Below are positions 15,972 to 16,081 of a stretch of DNA of 16,081 nucleotides, in pieces (position 1 is the first letter of the stretch; the number at the start of each line of letters is the position of its first letter). Origin of the DNA: Synechococcus sp. Lineage in GTDB: Bacteria > Cyanobacteriota > Cyanobacteriia > Thermostichales > PCC-7336. Both the position numbers and the translations under genes were made by a program. Location: the NCBI GenBank assembly GCA_051439605.1, contig JBFRWN010000050.1, positions 1 through 16,081 of the forward strand. The letters are read 5' to 3'. The notes beneath the pieces are model-generated. The model was not told the DNA's origin, did not search any database, and was given only the letters and a program-made list of their open reading frames with translations.

Positions 15972-16081
15972 AATTTCAGCCCGGAAGGACATACGGTGGC
16001 CTCCGCTAGCGAGGACGGCTCGGTCAAGCTGTGGAATTTTGTGGGAGAAGAGCTACTAACTCTGCAAGGGCATCTTTGAAC
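15570..16081 (+). repeat. Tandem 123-bp (41-aa) WD40-coding repeats: four complete units and a partial fifth, cut by the window end
   Basis: Units start at 15570, 15693, 15816, 15939 and 16062. Units 3 and 4 differ at 10 of 123 positions by manual alignment. Confidence 0.95.

Noticed and set aside
15816..16081. Diversity-generating retroelement TR/VR pair in the near-identical repeats
   Set aside because: Differences between units 3 and 4 are not confined to adenines on either strand, the units are contiguous in-frame WD40 blades, and no reverse transcriptase is in the window.
15570..16081. CRISPR array
   Set aside because: The 123-bp units are protein-coding, have no unique spacers, and no cas genes are present.

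Overview
Probably a cyanobacterial window: at least 11 HIP1 GCGATCGC octamers by manual count, plus a Psb34/Ssl1498-type PSII assembly gene. It may be a whole contig, since it begins inside an IS6-like element and ends inside a tandem repeat. In order it holds: (1) the left end and degenerate N-terminus of an IS6-family transposase, absent from the ORF track; (2) a LIV/Nat-type amino-acid ABC transporter whose binding-protein gene sits in the middle on the opposite strand; (3) a pcm (PIMT) with a signal-peptide-like N-terminus, an APC permease, an orphan CheR-like methyltransferase, an internally deleted SDR relic and a ChrR-type bicupin; (4) a QW/WW-repeat membrane protein, a 55-aa Psb34-like gene missed by the ORF track (with HLR1-like site and terminator) and a class I methyltransferase; (5) a two-gene NLR-like module. 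The module pairs a protein with an intact-looking N-terminal TIR and two further TIR/DUF4062-like folds with an effector-less nSTAND1-type NTPase-coiled coil-TM-WD40 protein built on 123-bp repeats. It is the best candidate for an uncharacterised immunity or signalling system. All family calls come from motif recognition by eye; no searches were run.
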